Shown: positions 8,377-18,566 of the stretch, piece by piece | Numbering within the stretch: the stretch's first letter is position 1 | Layout of the letters: each line of letters opens with the position of its first letter | DNA from: Candidatus Hermodarchaeota archaeon | Lineage (GTDB): Archaea > Asgardarchaeota > Hermodarchaeia > Hermodarchaeales > Hermodarchaeaceae | Direction of reading: 5' to 3' | DNA length: 27,275 bases | NCBI GenBank assembly: GCA_016840065.1 | Contig: JAEOTB010000007.1 | Span: 1-27,275 of the forward strand | Notes under the pieces: model-generated | What the model was told of the DNA's origin: nothing | Databases searched by the model: none | What the model saw: only the letters and a program-made list of their open reading frames with translations | Program-made: the position numbers and the translations under genes

Positions 8377-9684
8377 TTGACAAAGGTTGGAATCAGATGC
8401 GAAGATAAACCCTACGAGCTACGAACACCAATACCACCCCAATTCGTCAAAGCCTTCTCCGAAAAACACGGCTTCGATTTCGTTGTTGAACACTCAGACC
8501 AGCGAGCATACACTGACGAGGAATATAAACAAGTAGGCGCTCAGATCAGCAAGTTACGTGGAAGCCCAGTAAAAATCATCTTTGGGCTCAAGGAAATACC
8601 CAGTGCAGAATTCGAAAAGGACAAGGTATACTTGTTCTTCGCGCACGTGATCAAAGGTCAGTCCTATAACATGGATATGCTACGGCAAATCCTGAAAATG
8701 GGTGCAACCCTCATTGACTATGAACGAATCGTGGAAGTCCCCTCAGAGAAAAGGTTGGTTTTCTTCGGTAATTGGGCGGGTTTTGCGGGTATGTCGGAAA
8801 CACTGCGAGCGTTTGGTCAACGCCTCGAATATGAAGGCATCAAACCTAACCCGTTCAAGCTGAAACCCACCTATGAGTATGATGGTTTGGGCGCGCTAGA
8901 GGATGCCGTTCGACAGATGGGTAATCGCATCAAAGAAGAGGGGTTCGCGAAGGAACTAGCTCCCCTTGTGACTGGGTTTATTGGATACGGTAATACGAGT
9001 AAAGGAGCGCAAGCAATTTTCGACCTACTACCGCACAAGGAAGTCGAACCGAATCAACTGGCTGATTTAGAACCAAATCCGCACCTCCTCTACAAGGTTG
9101 TATTCCGTGAGGAAGACACGGTACGCCCCCGCAACCCAGATGCAACATTCGAATTACAGCACTACTACAAACATGGTAAGGAACTCTACGAATCCCAGTT
9201 TATGGAGTATGTGCCCTACATCACAGTCCTGATGAACTGTATTTACTGGACTGATAAATACCCAAAGATGATTACAAAGGCAGAACTCAGTGAGCATTGG
9301 GAAGAAACAGGCGGAAAGCCGCGCTTGAAAATCGTGGGAGATATAAGCTGCGACATAGAAGGAGCAATCGAATTCACGCTCGACTCAACAAAACCATACA
9401 AACCCTGCTTCGTCTATGACCCAACCAAAGGAAAAATAAAACTAGGCATAGAGGGTAAGGGAGTTGCTGTAATGGCAGTAGATAATCTTCCAACAGAACT
9501 ACCTCGTGAGGCATCAACCTCCTTTAGTGAGTCGCTCCAACGGTTTGTCCCAGCAATAGTTAAGGCGGATTATACTGTACCTTTTAACAAGTTGAATCTA
9601 CCACCGGAGGTCCTGAAGGCTACTATTGTTTACAGAGGCGAACTGACACCAGAATATGAGTATTTGAAACAGTACCTCAAATGA
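8377..9684 (+). CDS. Lysine-ketoglutarate reductase / saccharopine dehydrogenase (lysine-forming)-type enzyme (AlaDh/PNT fold; LKR domain of AASS)
   Basis: Motifs: GIRCEDKPYELRTP, GLKE, FFAHVIKGQSYNM, LIDYE, RLVFFGNWAGFAG, GYGNTSKGA, NCIYW, DISCD..G.IEF, MAVDNLPTELPREAS, G.LTPEYEYL. Confidence 0.88.
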   Translation: MTKVGIRCEDKPYELRTPIPPQFVKAFSEKHGFDFVVEHSDQRAYTDEEYKQVGAQISKLRGSPVKIIFGLKEIPSAEFEKDKVYLFFAHVIKGQSYNMDMLRQILKMGATLIDYERIVEVPSEKRLVFFGNWAGFAGMSETLRAFGQRLEYEGIKPNPFKLKPTYEYDGLGALEDAVRQMGNRIKEEGFAKELAPLVTGFIGYGNTSKGAQAIFDLLPHKEVEPNQLADLEPNPHLLYKVVFREEDTVRPRNPDATFELQHYYKHGKELYESQFMEYVPYITVLMNCIYWTDKYPKMITKAELSEHWEETGGKPRLKIVGDISCDIEGAIEFTLDSTKPYKPCFVYDPTKGKIKLGIEGKGVAVMAVDNLPTELPREASTSFSESLQRFVPAIVKADYTVPFNKLNLPPEVLKATIVYRGELTPEYEYLKQYLK

Positions 9685-9738
9685 GAACTACATGAAAACG
9701 TGAATAGTAAGGAACTTGAATTTCGGAGATTGATTGTT

Positions 9739-11055
9739 ATGAAGCATGTTTTATGTCTTGGAGCGGGTCTTGTAGCTAGACCTTACATTGATTATTTGTT
9801 GAAGAAGGGATTTCAGGTCACTGTTGCCAGCCGGACCGTCAGTAAGGCGGAACGGATGGTAAACGGGCACGCCAATGGTATCCCTGTTGCTTTCGACATC
9901 CAGCGGGAACCAGAGCGACTCAAGGAGCTTGTGAAACCTGCTGACTTGGTGACCTCGTTATTACCCTACACGCATCATGTTACTGTGGCAAACGAGTGCT
10001 TACGCCAAGGAAAGCACATGGCCACCACATCATATGTTTCTGATGGGATGCGGGCGTTGGATGCTAAGGCTAAGAAAGCAGGAATTACTTTGTTGAACGA
10101 GTGTGGTGTGGATCCAGGCCTTGATCATATGTCAGCTATGAAAATAATCCATGAAGTTCAGGCAGCTGGAGGAAAAGTCACGAGTTTCACTAGCTTCTGT
10201 GGTGGCTTACCTGCCCCAGATGCCAACAACAACCCGTTTGGTTACAAATTGTCTTGGAGCCCTAGAGGCGTCTTGCTTGCAGGTACTAATAGCGCCAAGT
10301 TCATCAGAGACGGAAAGGAGGTACTGATTCCTTCGGAGGAGCTCTTTAACAGTTGCCACGAAGAAGAGGTTCCTGGTCTAGGAAGGTTTGAAGGTTACCC
10401 GAATAGGGACTCGACACCCTATATCGAGATATATGGCGTGAAGCACGCAGAGACGATGATTCGGGGTACTTATCGGTATCCTGGTTGGTGTGCGACCGTA
10501 TACGATTTTGGCAGGCTTGGACTTCTAGACCTTACGGAACAGGATTTCAAAGGTAAGACCTACGACGGCTTCGTGCGGGGGCTTGTGAAAGCAAAGTCTG
10601 GCACAGACACTAGAACTGCTGTTGCTAACTTCCTCAAGAGGGACAGAAGCCATAACGTCTTGGATCGGTACGAGTGGTTGGGACTGTTTGAGGATCGTCC
10701 TATCCCGCTTGAGAAAAGCACAGCGCTTGATGTAGTTTGTACTTTGTTTGAGGAGAAGCTTCAGTATACGCCAGGTGAACGGGATATGCTTGTTCTGCAA
10801 CACAAGTTCGGAATCGAGTATGCTGGTGGTAGGAAGGAACGGATACGATCTACTTTGATTGACTACGGCATTCCGCATGGCGATACATCCATGAGCCGCA
10901 CCGTCGCTTACCCTGTTGCGATTGCTACACGCCTCATACTTGAGGGCGAGATAAACCTAACTGGCGTACAAATCCCCATAATTCCCGAAATCTATGAACC
11001 AATCCTAGCTGAAGTAGCTGAGTTCGATATCCGCTTCAAAGAAGAGACATACTAG
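9739..11055 (+). CDS. Saccharopine dehydrogenase/reductase (glutamate-forming; Lys9/AASS SDH-domain-like)
   Basis: Rossmann start KHVLCLGAGLVA, then SLLPY..H, TTSYVS, NECGVDPGLDHMSA, SFCGGLPAP..NNNPFGYKLSWSPRG, EGYPNRDS, RGTYRYPG, ERDM, MSRTV. The ORF track starts at 9700; ATG 9739 with upstream GGAG is preferred. Confidence 0.93.
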   Translation: MKHVLCLGAGLVARPYIDYLLKKGFQVTVASRTVSKAERMVNGHANGIPVAFDIQREPERLKELVKPADLVTSLLPYTHHVTVANECLRQGKHMATTSYVSDGMRALDAKAKKAGITLLNECGVDPGLDHMSAMKIIHEVQAAGGKVTSFTSFCGGLPAPDANNNPFGYKLSWSPRGVLLAGTNSAKFIRDGKEVLIPSEELFNSCHEEEVPGLGRFEGYPNRDSTPYIEIYGVKHAETMIRGTYRYPGWCATVYDFGRLGLLDLTEQDFKGKTYDGFVRGLVKAKSGTDTRTAVANFLKRDRSHNVLDRYEWLGLFEDRPIPLEKSTALDVVCTLFEEKLQYTPGERDMLVLQHKFGIEYAGGRKERIRSTLIDYGIPHGDTSMSRTVAYPVAIATRLILEGEINLTGVQIPIIPEIYEPILAEVAEFDIRFKEETY

Positions 11056-11149
11056 TTCACGACAACACGTTCAGTTGTTGCGACGGTAGACGGCTCCACT
11101 TCGTTCATCCTAGGACTGGGAAGCCTTTTGAGAGGGAACATAATATGAA

Positions 11150-12067
11150 GTGGCTATGGAGCGCAGAACTGCTGTAGCCCTAGCAATCATCGCTGCCTGT
11201 ATCACCCTTGATGTAGCTTGGGCTTGGCTTAATTACATCATTCCAAGCTTATCCGGTCCTCTGGATATGGTAGCAATATTACCTGGTCCCATTTTGACCG
11301 ATTGGCTGGTGATCATGTATGTGTTCCCACTTGCCTCGGTAGTACTCTATCTGCTGCTGAGTAGTGTCACTGCGCGTTGGTTGGTACTTCCGCTAAACAA
11401 AGTCTTTAACCCTGGAAAGGAGGTTTTCTTCTACGCACCAGTGACTCCTCGACCCCGTCCAGTGTATTCGATACTCCGCCGTGCGTTTTTTAATTTACTC
11501 TTGATGATGGCGTTAGCACTGACTATCACCCGATTCTTACCAACACAAGTCGCGTGGTTTCTACCAGCGAACCCAAACTTGGCTGATATTTTCAATGAGA
11601 TGAATCAAGCCATCCTTTTGATGCCACTGTTCTTCCCGTTGTTGGCATTTATTCTGCCTGCCACATGGCTCATCGAGGACTCCAATATTGTATTCCACAC
11701 CTATCCGTCATGTGGTCCACAGGAGCTGCGTGTAGGTGGACGAACGCTTCTTGACTATCTGAAAGGATTTGCCAGTATCTTCGTCCTCATTGATTACTTG
11801 CGGATGGTCTTCAACGTTCCAGGACTTATCACGTTTAGTACAATACCTAGTACTCTTGGCGGTCTTTGGCCATGGGTCCCCCCGTGGTTCTTCTTCCTCA
11901 TCACCTTCATCAACCCATTCATCCTCTTGTACTTGCCATTGGTTGCCCTCCTCCTCTATCACCAGTTCTTCCATCGGATTCAACCTGGCTTCCAAGCAGC
12001 GATGAAACGGAGGGGTATAAAGCAGCTCCTTAGCGTGGGCGAGGTAGCGGAGTCAGATATGAAATAG
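11150..12067 (+). CDS. Hypothetical multi-pass membrane protein (about 6 hydrophobic segments)
   Basis: 305-aa ORF with several long hydrophobic stretches, ending 15 bp before the LLM gene; no family recognised. Confidence 0.75.
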   Translation: MAMERRTAVALAIIAACITLDVAWAWLNYIIPSLSGPLDMVAILPGPILTDWLVIMYVFPLASVVLYLLLSSVTARWLVLPLNKVFNPGKEVFFYAPVTPRPRPVYSILRRAFFNLLLMMALALTITRFLPTQVAWFLPANPNLADIFNEMNQAILLMPLFFPLLAFILPATWLIEDSNIVFHTYPSCGPQELRVGGRTLLDYLKGFASIFVLIDYLRMVFNVPGLITFSTIPSTLGGLWPWVPPWFFFLITFINPFILLYLPLVALLLYHQFFHRIQPGFQAAMKRRGIKQLLSVGEVAESDMK

Positions 12068-12082
12068 TGAGGTAGTTGAGTG

Positions 12083-13024
12083 ATGGAGTTTGGAGTTCAG
12101 GTTGAACCACAATTCGGGTTCAGTTTTGATGAAGTTATAAATATCGCAGATGCAGCCTTGGGCAGCGGGTTTTCAACAGTATGGTTTTCAGATCATTTCA
12201 TGCTTGATACAGAGTCAACAGACCGTGTTCTGTTAGACCCTTGGTTACTCATGACCGCTCTAGTTATGATGAACAAGCAGGTTCGCGTTGGTAGCCTTGT
12301 TTTCTCTCAGAGCTACCGGAACCCAGCCTTGACAGCCAAGATGGCGGCTACTCTCGATGTCTTATCAGATGGAAGATTGGAGTTTGGGATTGGTGCCGGC
12401 TGGAAAGAGATGGAATACAAGGCCTATGGATTCGAGTTCCCTGATGTAATGACTCGGATTGATCAGCTCGCAGAAGCTATCCAGATTATTAGGGGAATTT
12501 GGGAGCACGAACGGTTCAGTTTCAAGGGAACCCATTACTCGGTAGAGGATGTGCTCTCCGTACCAAAACCCATACAACAGCCCATGAAGGTGTGGGTAGG
12601 CGCAGCGGCAGGCAAGAGGAAGATGCTTCGTCTAACTGCAAAATACGGGGATGGCATCAACTTAGCATGGGCATACTCGCCAGCCGATTGTGTTCCGAAG
12701 TTCCGTCGCCTTGACAAGTATTGTCAACGAGAGGGGCGGGATCCCTCCGAGATGATGAAATCGGTAGGGCTCTGGACCCGCTTCTTCGAGTCAGAGGAGG
12801 ACATAGAGACCGCTATAAAGGAAAACGCTGCAAAACGAGGAGTGTCGGAGCAAGAGTACCGTGAACGGGTTTCCAGCTCGCTTTGGGGCACTGCTGAACA
12901 GATGCTAGAAAGAATCCAAGAATATGAAAGGATAGGCGTTACACATCTTATTCTAATGTTTCCTCCCAAGCAGGAGGGTGAGCAAATCAGGAGTATGGGC
13001 GAAGCGGTTCTTTCTAAGCTCTAG
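12083..13024 (+). CDS. LLM-class (luciferase-like) flavin/F420-dependent oxidoreductase
   Basis: Motifs: GFSTVWFSDHF, YRNPALTAKMAATLDVLSDGRLEFGIGAGWKEMEYKAYG, PKPIQQP, LRLTAKYGDG.N. GAGGT SD-like motif upstream. Confidence 0.92.
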   Translation: MEFGVQVEPQFGFSFDEVINIADAALGSGFSTVWFSDHFMLDTESTDRVLLDPWLLMTALVMMNKQVRVGSLVFSQSYRNPALTAKMAATLDVLSDGRLEFGIGAGWKEMEYKAYGFEFPDVMTRIDQLAEAIQIIRGIWEHERFSFKGTHYSVEDVLSVPKPIQQPMKVWVGAAAGKRKMLRLTAKYGDGINLAWAYSPADCVPKFRRLDKYCQREGRDPSEMMKSVGLWTRFFESEEDIETAIKENAAKRGVSEQEYRERVSSSLWGTAEQMLERIQEYERIGVTHLILMFPPKQEGEQIRSMGEAVLSKL

Positions 13025-13051
13025 AACACATCTTTCCTATTCCTTGTTATC

Positions 13052-13573
13052 GTGGTGTTGGTTGTGCCGAAAAACAGGACAAAGCCGAGACTGGAGGCTG
13101 CCTTCGATTATGATGATGCATATGCGTGCACGGTTAGCCCGCTGAAAGGACGGGATATTCCCGAGATTAGCGGAGAGGAGAGTAGGCAATATGGGCAGTT
13201 CAAGATTGTACGCAGGGGGAGTAAGCCCACTAAAGAGGAGGTGGAGAGCGGTGGCGCCTTCGCGGGTGATTTCCACATTTTGGATATCCTTTGTTTTCTC
13301 CATGAAGGCGAATGGAAGGATGTGTTTTGGAAGACTATTGAGCGGGAGGAATTTTATTGGGAGCGAGGGAGGATTGAGAAGTCTCGAGGTAGCCCGCTTC
13401 AGCAGGTGATGTATGTTGATGTCGAAACCAACATCCTTTACATAGAAGATGAGCACGATGTACTCTACTGCTCCGAGAACCAGTTTAGGTGGGTCATGTA
13501 CCAAGTAAAACCAGAGAAACGCCCCTATTATAGGCGAATAAGTAAGCTCCGAAAGTTTAAACTTCCAAACTGA
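13052..13573 (+). CDS. Hypothetical protein (173 aa)
   Basis: Fills the gap between the LLM gene and the first GH3 gene in the same orientation; start uncertain; no family recognised. Confidence 0.65.
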   Translation: MVLVVPKNRTKPRLEAAFDYDDAYACTVSPLKGRDIPEISGEESRQYGQFKIVRRGSKPTKEEVESGGAFAGDFHILDILCFLHEGEWKDVFWKTIEREEFYWERGRIEKSRGSPLQQVMYVDVETNILYIEDEHDVLYCSENQFRWVMYQVKPEKRPYYRRISKLRKFKLPN

Positions 13574-13632
13574 GCCCCCCTTCTGATCGAGTGCACAAAT
13601 ATTTTAGAAGTTCAGGAAGGTCAAATAATTTG

Positions 13633-15189
13633 ATGTCTCAAACAGCAATTGTGAAGGCGATTTACGACCGCTTCTGTAAACCTTTGTTGAAGCAATTAGA
13701 GGATCCTGTCGGTTCTCAGGAAAAATGCCTACGCAATGTCCTGAAGAGGGCAAAAGATACTGTTTACGGTAAGCAGCATGGCTTCGCTGACATCCGATCA
13801 ATCGAAGAGTTCCAACGTGCTGTACCTATCAATAACTTCGAGTCGCTGCAACCTTATATTTCCCGGGCAATGGCGGGTGAGCAGAACATACTTTTCCCTG
13901 ATAAGATTCTATGTTTTCTGATCACCTCGGGAACAACTGGTGACCCGAAGCTTTTCCCCTTTGGTGAACACCGTGTCCAAGACACAATTATCAATGTCCT
14001 TCGGTCTGGTGCCTTCTATGTCGTTCACCACGATCGCTGGGACACTTTGGAAGGGCGCAGGCTGGTTTTCCCTGCACCCTCTTCAATAGGTCAGAAAATC
14101 GGTGAATACGAAGTTGCCTTCATGTCGGGTGCGCTAGCTGTTGCCCCGCTGCCACCGCAATTGAAGATGTTACAGACATCAGAGAGACGGCGTGTACCAC
14201 CCCTAGAAGTAGACAATATTCTAGACTGGGATGAGAAGTTCTATCTTTGTGCCCGGTACTCCGTCTCGGCAGATGTTCGTTCAGCAACAGGAATAACCTC
14301 AAACATCGTTTCGTTGCTTCGCAAGATTAGTACAGATTACCTCGACCGCTTGCTTGCAGACCCAGAAGTAGACTCGGTTACTAAAACAAAGCTCCGAGGA
14401 GCAGAATCAGATGGGGTAATTGACCTACAAAAGATTTGGCCTAACTTCCGAGTCCTCCTTCATGGAGGAGTCTCCATAACACCCTTCAGAAGAGCAATTA
14501 AAGATCTAATGGGTGAAATCGATCTCTGGGAGGGCTATGCAGCCACTGAAGGATGGCTAGCTACCCAGATTTATCTAGACAAGGGGATGATGCCCTATGT
14601 GGGCACGATGTTCTATGAATTCATCCCAGAGGATGACGAAGCAGCAACGCCAATTCCCCTAAGCGACGTTAAAGCTGGTAAGCCATATCGTGTGCTGGTT
14701 ACAAACTCTGGTGGGTTCTATCGCTATGACATCGGGGATGTAATCGAGTTCACAGGCACAGAACCGCTGACACTGCGCGTGGTCGGCCGCAAAGCCAGTA
14801 TAGTTAGCTTAGCTGGTGAACGCATGTCTGAGGAACTCATCCTAAGAGCACTAGAGCTGGTGTGCAGGGATTTTGGAATAGGCTTTGTGGATTTTGCGCT
14901 GTTACCTGAAGTCTCTGCTGAAGTAATTCGCTATCATCTGTTCATTGAATTCACACAACTACCTGATGATTTTGAGGATTTTACAGGTCAAGTCGATGAG
15001 CGCCTAGGTGCAATCAACATCATGTATGGGGCACAGCGCCAGGCCAACGTTATACATCGTCCGATTATCATACCTGTTCAACCGGGGGGCTTCGAAGCCA
15101 TGCTGAAAGGACAAGAAAAGATTCTAGGGCAAACAAAGGTACCACGGCTCTTGACGCTAGAACTCAGTCGATTGATTCCTCGACTTTAG
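13633..15189 (+). CDS. GH3-family acyl-acid amido synthetase, paralog 1
   Basis: Motif I ITSGTTGDPK, motif II YAATEG, motif III FYRYDIGD, C-terminal QTKVPR, N-terminal QE..L..VL....T.YGK.HGF..I.S.EEFQ..VP. Start set at ATG 13633 by comparison with the paralogs. Confidence 0.92.
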   Translation: MSQTAIVKAIYDRFCKPLLKQLEDPVGSQEKCLRNVLKRAKDTVYGKQHGFADIRSIEEFQRAVPINNFESLQPYISRAMAGEQNILFPDKILCFLITSGTTGDPKLFPFGEHRVQDTIINVLRSGAFYVVHHDRWDTLEGRRLVFPAPSSIGQKIGEYEVAFMSGALAVAPLPPQLKMLQTSERRRVPPLEVDNILDWDEKFYLCARYSVSADVRSATGITSNIVSLLRKISTDYLDRLLADPEVDSVTKTKLRGAESDGVIDLQKIWPNFRVLLHGGVSITPFRRAIKDLMGEIDLWEGYAATEGWLATQIYLDKGMMPYVGTMFYEFIPEDDEAATPIPLSDVKAGKPYRVLVTNSGGFYRYDIGDVIEFTGTEPLTLRVVGRKASIVSLAGERMSEELILRALELVCRDFGIGFVDFALLPEVSAEVIRYHLFIEFTQLPDDFEDFTGQVDERLGAINIMYGAQRQANVIHRPIIIPVQPGGFEAMLKGQEKILGQTKVPRLLTLELSRLIPRL

Positions 15190-15272
15190 ACTGCGACCTG
15201 TCTGCCAGCTACGGTAGATTTCAATGGTATAGTGCTAAGCCTTTTAGCCAATACCTGTAAAGACTGGTGCGT

Positions 15273-16838
15273 ATGTTGTCTAGCAAGCAGTTAGTACAGG
15301 TTGTTTTCGACCGATATTGCAAACCAAGGCTGAAAGACCTAGAGGATCCCTTTGGAACCCAAGAGAAGGTTCTACGCAAGATTTTGAGGCGTGCAAAGGA
15401 TACGGTTTTTGGTAAACAACATTGCTTTTCAGATATCAAATCAGTCGAAGACTTCAAGCGCTTAGTGCCCGTAACAACCTATGATTATATGCAGCCCTAT
15501 GTTGCCCGAGTAATACAGGGTGAGGAAAACATCCTTTTTCCTGAAAAGACGATGTGCATGTTGGTTACAAGCGGAACCACAGGTAGTCCCAAGCTATACC
15601 CATTCAGCGAGTATCGAGTAAGAGAGATTATCTTTAGTGTATTTGAGGCGACAGCCTTCTATGTGGTTTTTTCCGGTAATTATGATGTAATGGAAGGCAA
15701 ACGCCTTTCGTTTCCAGCCCCACCGTCGTTAGGTGAAAAAATCGGGGAATACGATGTTGCTTTCTATTCTGGAGCGCTTACAGTAGCCCCTATACCACCA
15801 GAACTACAGAAGTTAATCGAAGGAAGAGCGGATCGACGTGTCCCACCAAGAGACATTGACAAGATTCTTGATTGGGACAAGAAATTCTATCTCACAGCTC
15901 GCTATGCAGTTGCAGCTGACGTCCGTTCAACCGCAGGTGTTACTTCAAATACTGTGTCGCTGCTTCGCAAGATAAGTACACAATACCTCGATCGCCTCCT
16001 TGCTGATCCAGAGCTCGACAAAGAGACTAAATCTAGACTTCGAGATGTGTCTCCAGATGGTGTGATAAATCTACAAGAACTTTGGCCAAAGTTCAGTGTT
16101 GTCACCTCGTCAGGTGTGTCTCTCACGCCGTATAAACGCATTATACGGAAACTTGTTGGTGATGCTGATATTCGAGAACACTATGTTGCGACTGAGGGAG
16201 AATTGGGTGGCCAAGTTTTCATGGATAAGGGCATGATTCCTAATGTTTCACGAATATTTTTCGAGTTCATCGCCGATGACGAGGAAGACGCCGTGCCAAT
16301 CCCGTTAAGCGATGTGAAGCTGCGAACACACTATCGGGTGCTCATTACGACCCTTGGTGGATTTTATCGGTATGATATAGGCGATCTTGTGGAGTTTACT
16401 GACACTCAGACTCCTGTATTTACGGTTATAAGTAGGAAGAAGAGCATTGTCAGCTTGGCAGGAGAACGTTTGAGTGAGGAAATCATACTCCGAGTTCTTG
16501 AACGAGCCTGTGAACAGCATGGAATCGGATTCATCGATTTCGCGCTGTTACCAGAGATTTCGGAGGATGTGATTCGTTATCACCTCTTCATCGAGTTCAC
16601 CAAGCTACCTGAGGACCTCGAGGAATTCACGAGCATAGTTGATAAACGTCTAGGGGCAGCAAACATTCACTACGCAGCGCAACGCCAAGCAAATGTGTTG
16701 CATTTACCTGTCATCATTCCAGTCCAGCCTGGAGGCTTTGAAGCTTTGCTCCAGAAAATGGACAAGGTGATTGGGCAGACGAAGGTGCCACGCCGCTTGA
16801 CCCCTGAACTCAGCCGTCTGATTCCCATTCTGAAATAA
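15273..16838 (+). CDS. GH3-family acyl-acid amido synthetase, paralog 2
   Basis: VTSGTTGSPK / YVATEG / FYRYDIGD / QTKVPR. Confidence 0.92.
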   Translation: MLSSKQLVQVVFDRYCKPRLKDLEDPFGTQEKVLRKILRRAKDTVFGKQHCFSDIKSVEDFKRLVPVTTYDYMQPYVARVIQGEENILFPEKTMCMLVTSGTTGSPKLYPFSEYRVREIIFSVFEATAFYVVFSGNYDVMEGKRLSFPAPPSLGEKIGEYDVAFYSGALTVAPIPPELQKLIEGRADRRVPPRDIDKILDWDKKFYLTARYAVAADVRSTAGVTSNTVSLLRKISTQYLDRLLADPELDKETKSRLRDVSPDGVINLQELWPKFSVVTSSGVSLTPYKRIIRKLVGDADIREHYVATEGELGGQVFMDKGMIPNVSRIFFEFIADDEEDAVPIPLSDVKLRTHYRVLITTLGGFYRYDIGDLVEFTDTQTPVFTVISRKKSIVSLAGERLSEEIILRVLERACEQHGIGFIDFALLPEISEDVIRYHLFIEFTKLPEDLEEFTSIVDKRLGAANIHYAAQRQANVLHLPVIIPVQPGGFEALLQKMDKVIGQTKVPRRLTPELSRLIPILK

Positions 16839-16939
16839 GGATGCTCCACTGCAACATAATCCCTAGCTCGAGTGATTAGAAGAAATTTCTTAATGCGGGT
16901 GTGATAAACACTTTTAGCCGTTCATGGAGAGAAAGAGCT

Positions 16940-18523
16940 ATGCTTTCTAGGGAGTCCATGGTGAAAACATTCTATGAGAAGTTCTGCCGCCCGACACTAA
17001 AGCGGCTGGAAGACCCCATGGCTGCGCAAGAAGCCTGTTTGCGGAAGATTCTGAAGCGTTGTAAGGGAACTCTCTTTGGGAAGCAACACGGGTTCGGCGA
17101 CATCCGTTCCATCGAAGAGTTCCAGAACAAAGTGCCAATCTTAACCTATGAGAGTATGCAGCCATATATTAGCAAGATTGCCAATGGTGAGCAAAATATT
17201 CTCTATCCCGATGAGACGCTGGTTTTTATGTTGAGTGCGGGAACCACGGGGACGCCCAAGTACTTCCCGTTTGGTGCAAAGCGGTACGAAGAGCTTGTAC
17301 TAGACGGATTAATTGGGAGTGTGTTCTTCATCGTACACACTGGGCATTACGATGTGATGGACGGCGCAATCCTATCGATGAGAGCTCCACCAAGATTGGG
17401 TCAGAAATTTGGTATTTATGATGTATCCTTCTTTTCGGGTGCGATTACCAATGTTCCTCCACCACACCGATTGAAAGCGCTACAGCGATTCCAAACTGGC
17501 AGTAGCCTGCGAAGTGTGCCACCTCGGGAGGTAGACCTTGTCCGGGACTACGACACAAAATACTATCTAACCGCGCGATATTCCGTTGCAGCTGATGTCC
17601 GAGCAGCTAGCGGCGTGACCTCAAAATTGGTATTCCAATTAATCAAGACGAGTACAGAATATCTCGACCGCTTCCTAGCAGACCCCGAGTTAGATGCGAA
17701 GACTAAGACTAAGCTCAGAAAAGCCTGCTCAGACGGTGTTATTGACCTAAAGAGTGTTTGGCCAAATTTTCGAGTTGTTCTCTCAGGAGGGACATCAGCT
17801 ACACCTTATCAGCGGATGATTCATGACCTCCTAGGAGATTGTTGCATTTGGGAGACATTCGGAGCGACCGAGGTTTCGGTAGGCTACCAGATTTTTCCTG
17901 ATCAAGGTATTGTTCTTTCGGTGGACAGGTGCTTCTTCGAGTTTATCCCCGATGACGAAGAGGATTCAGCTGCGGTCCCACTAAGTGATGTGAAGACAAA
18001 TACTCCCTACCGAATTATCGTGACGTCAAACGGCGGGTTTTACAGATATGATCTTGGAGACTTGGTGACATTTGTGGATTTAGAACCGCCTGTCTTTGGT
18101 GAAATCAGCCGAAAGAAGGCATTGGTCAACCTTGGTGGAGAGCGCCTGAGTGAGGAGGTCTTCCTCAGGGTTATTGAACGGTCCTGTGAGCAGTTCGGGA
18201 TTGACTTTGTGGAATTCGCACTCTTACCTGAATTTAAGGGGAAAACTGCCTGCTATCACCTTTACATCGAATTTATGCCAAACCTATCCGACCTAGAAGG
18301 ATTTACAGGTGATTTAGACCGTAGACTTCGAACTGCAAGCTTCTTCTACGATTTGAAACGAAAGCAGGGTGTTTTTACCCCTCCTGTAATCATTCCCGTA
18401 AGGCTAGGCGGTTTTGATTTTGTACTTCAGAAACTGGGTAAAGATTCAGCCTCGGGTAAAATGCCTCGTCTTCTTACGCCAGAACTCAGCCGCATGATTC
18501 CCACACTCCCCCAGTCATCCTAA
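16940..18523 (+). CDS. GH3-family acyl-acid amido synthetase, paralog 3
   Basis: LSAGTTGTPK / FGATEV / FYRYDLGD / GKMPR. Start at ATG 16940 by paralog comparison. Confidence 0.92.
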   Translation: MLSRESMVKTFYEKFCRPTLKRLEDPMAAQEACLRKILKRCKGTLFGKQHGFGDIRSIEEFQNKVPILTYESMQPYISKIANGEQNILYPDETLVFMLSAGTTGTPKYFPFGAKRYEELVLDGLIGSVFFIVHTGHYDVMDGAILSMRAPPRLGQKFGIYDVSFFSGAITNVPPPHRLKALQRFQTGSSLRSVPPREVDLVRDYDTKYYLTARYSVAADVRAASGVTSKLVFQLIKTSTEYLDRFLADPELDAKTKTKLRKACSDGVIDLKSVWPNFRVVLSGGTSATPYQRMIHDLLGDCCIWETFGATEVSVGYQIFPDQGIVLSVDRCFFEFIPDDEEDSAAVPLSDVKTNTPYRIIVTSNGGFYRYDLGDLVTFVDLEPPVFGEISRKKALVNLGGERLSEEVFLRVIERSCEQFGIDFVEFALLPEFKGKTACYHLYIEFMPNLSDLEGFTGDLDRRLRTASFFYDLKRKQGVFTPPVIIPVRLGGFDFVLQKLGKDSASGKMPRLLTPELSRMIPTLPQSS

Positions 18524-18566
18524 CCCCGTCGAAAAGTACTTCTGCCCTGGCATTGCAGTCTATTAT

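Noticed and set aside
9682-9684. TGA between LKR and SDH as a selenocysteine codon
   Set aside because: It falls in an inter-domain linker rather than at a catalytic Cys position, and I could not identify a convincing SECIS. Generic read-through or fission is kept as a finding.
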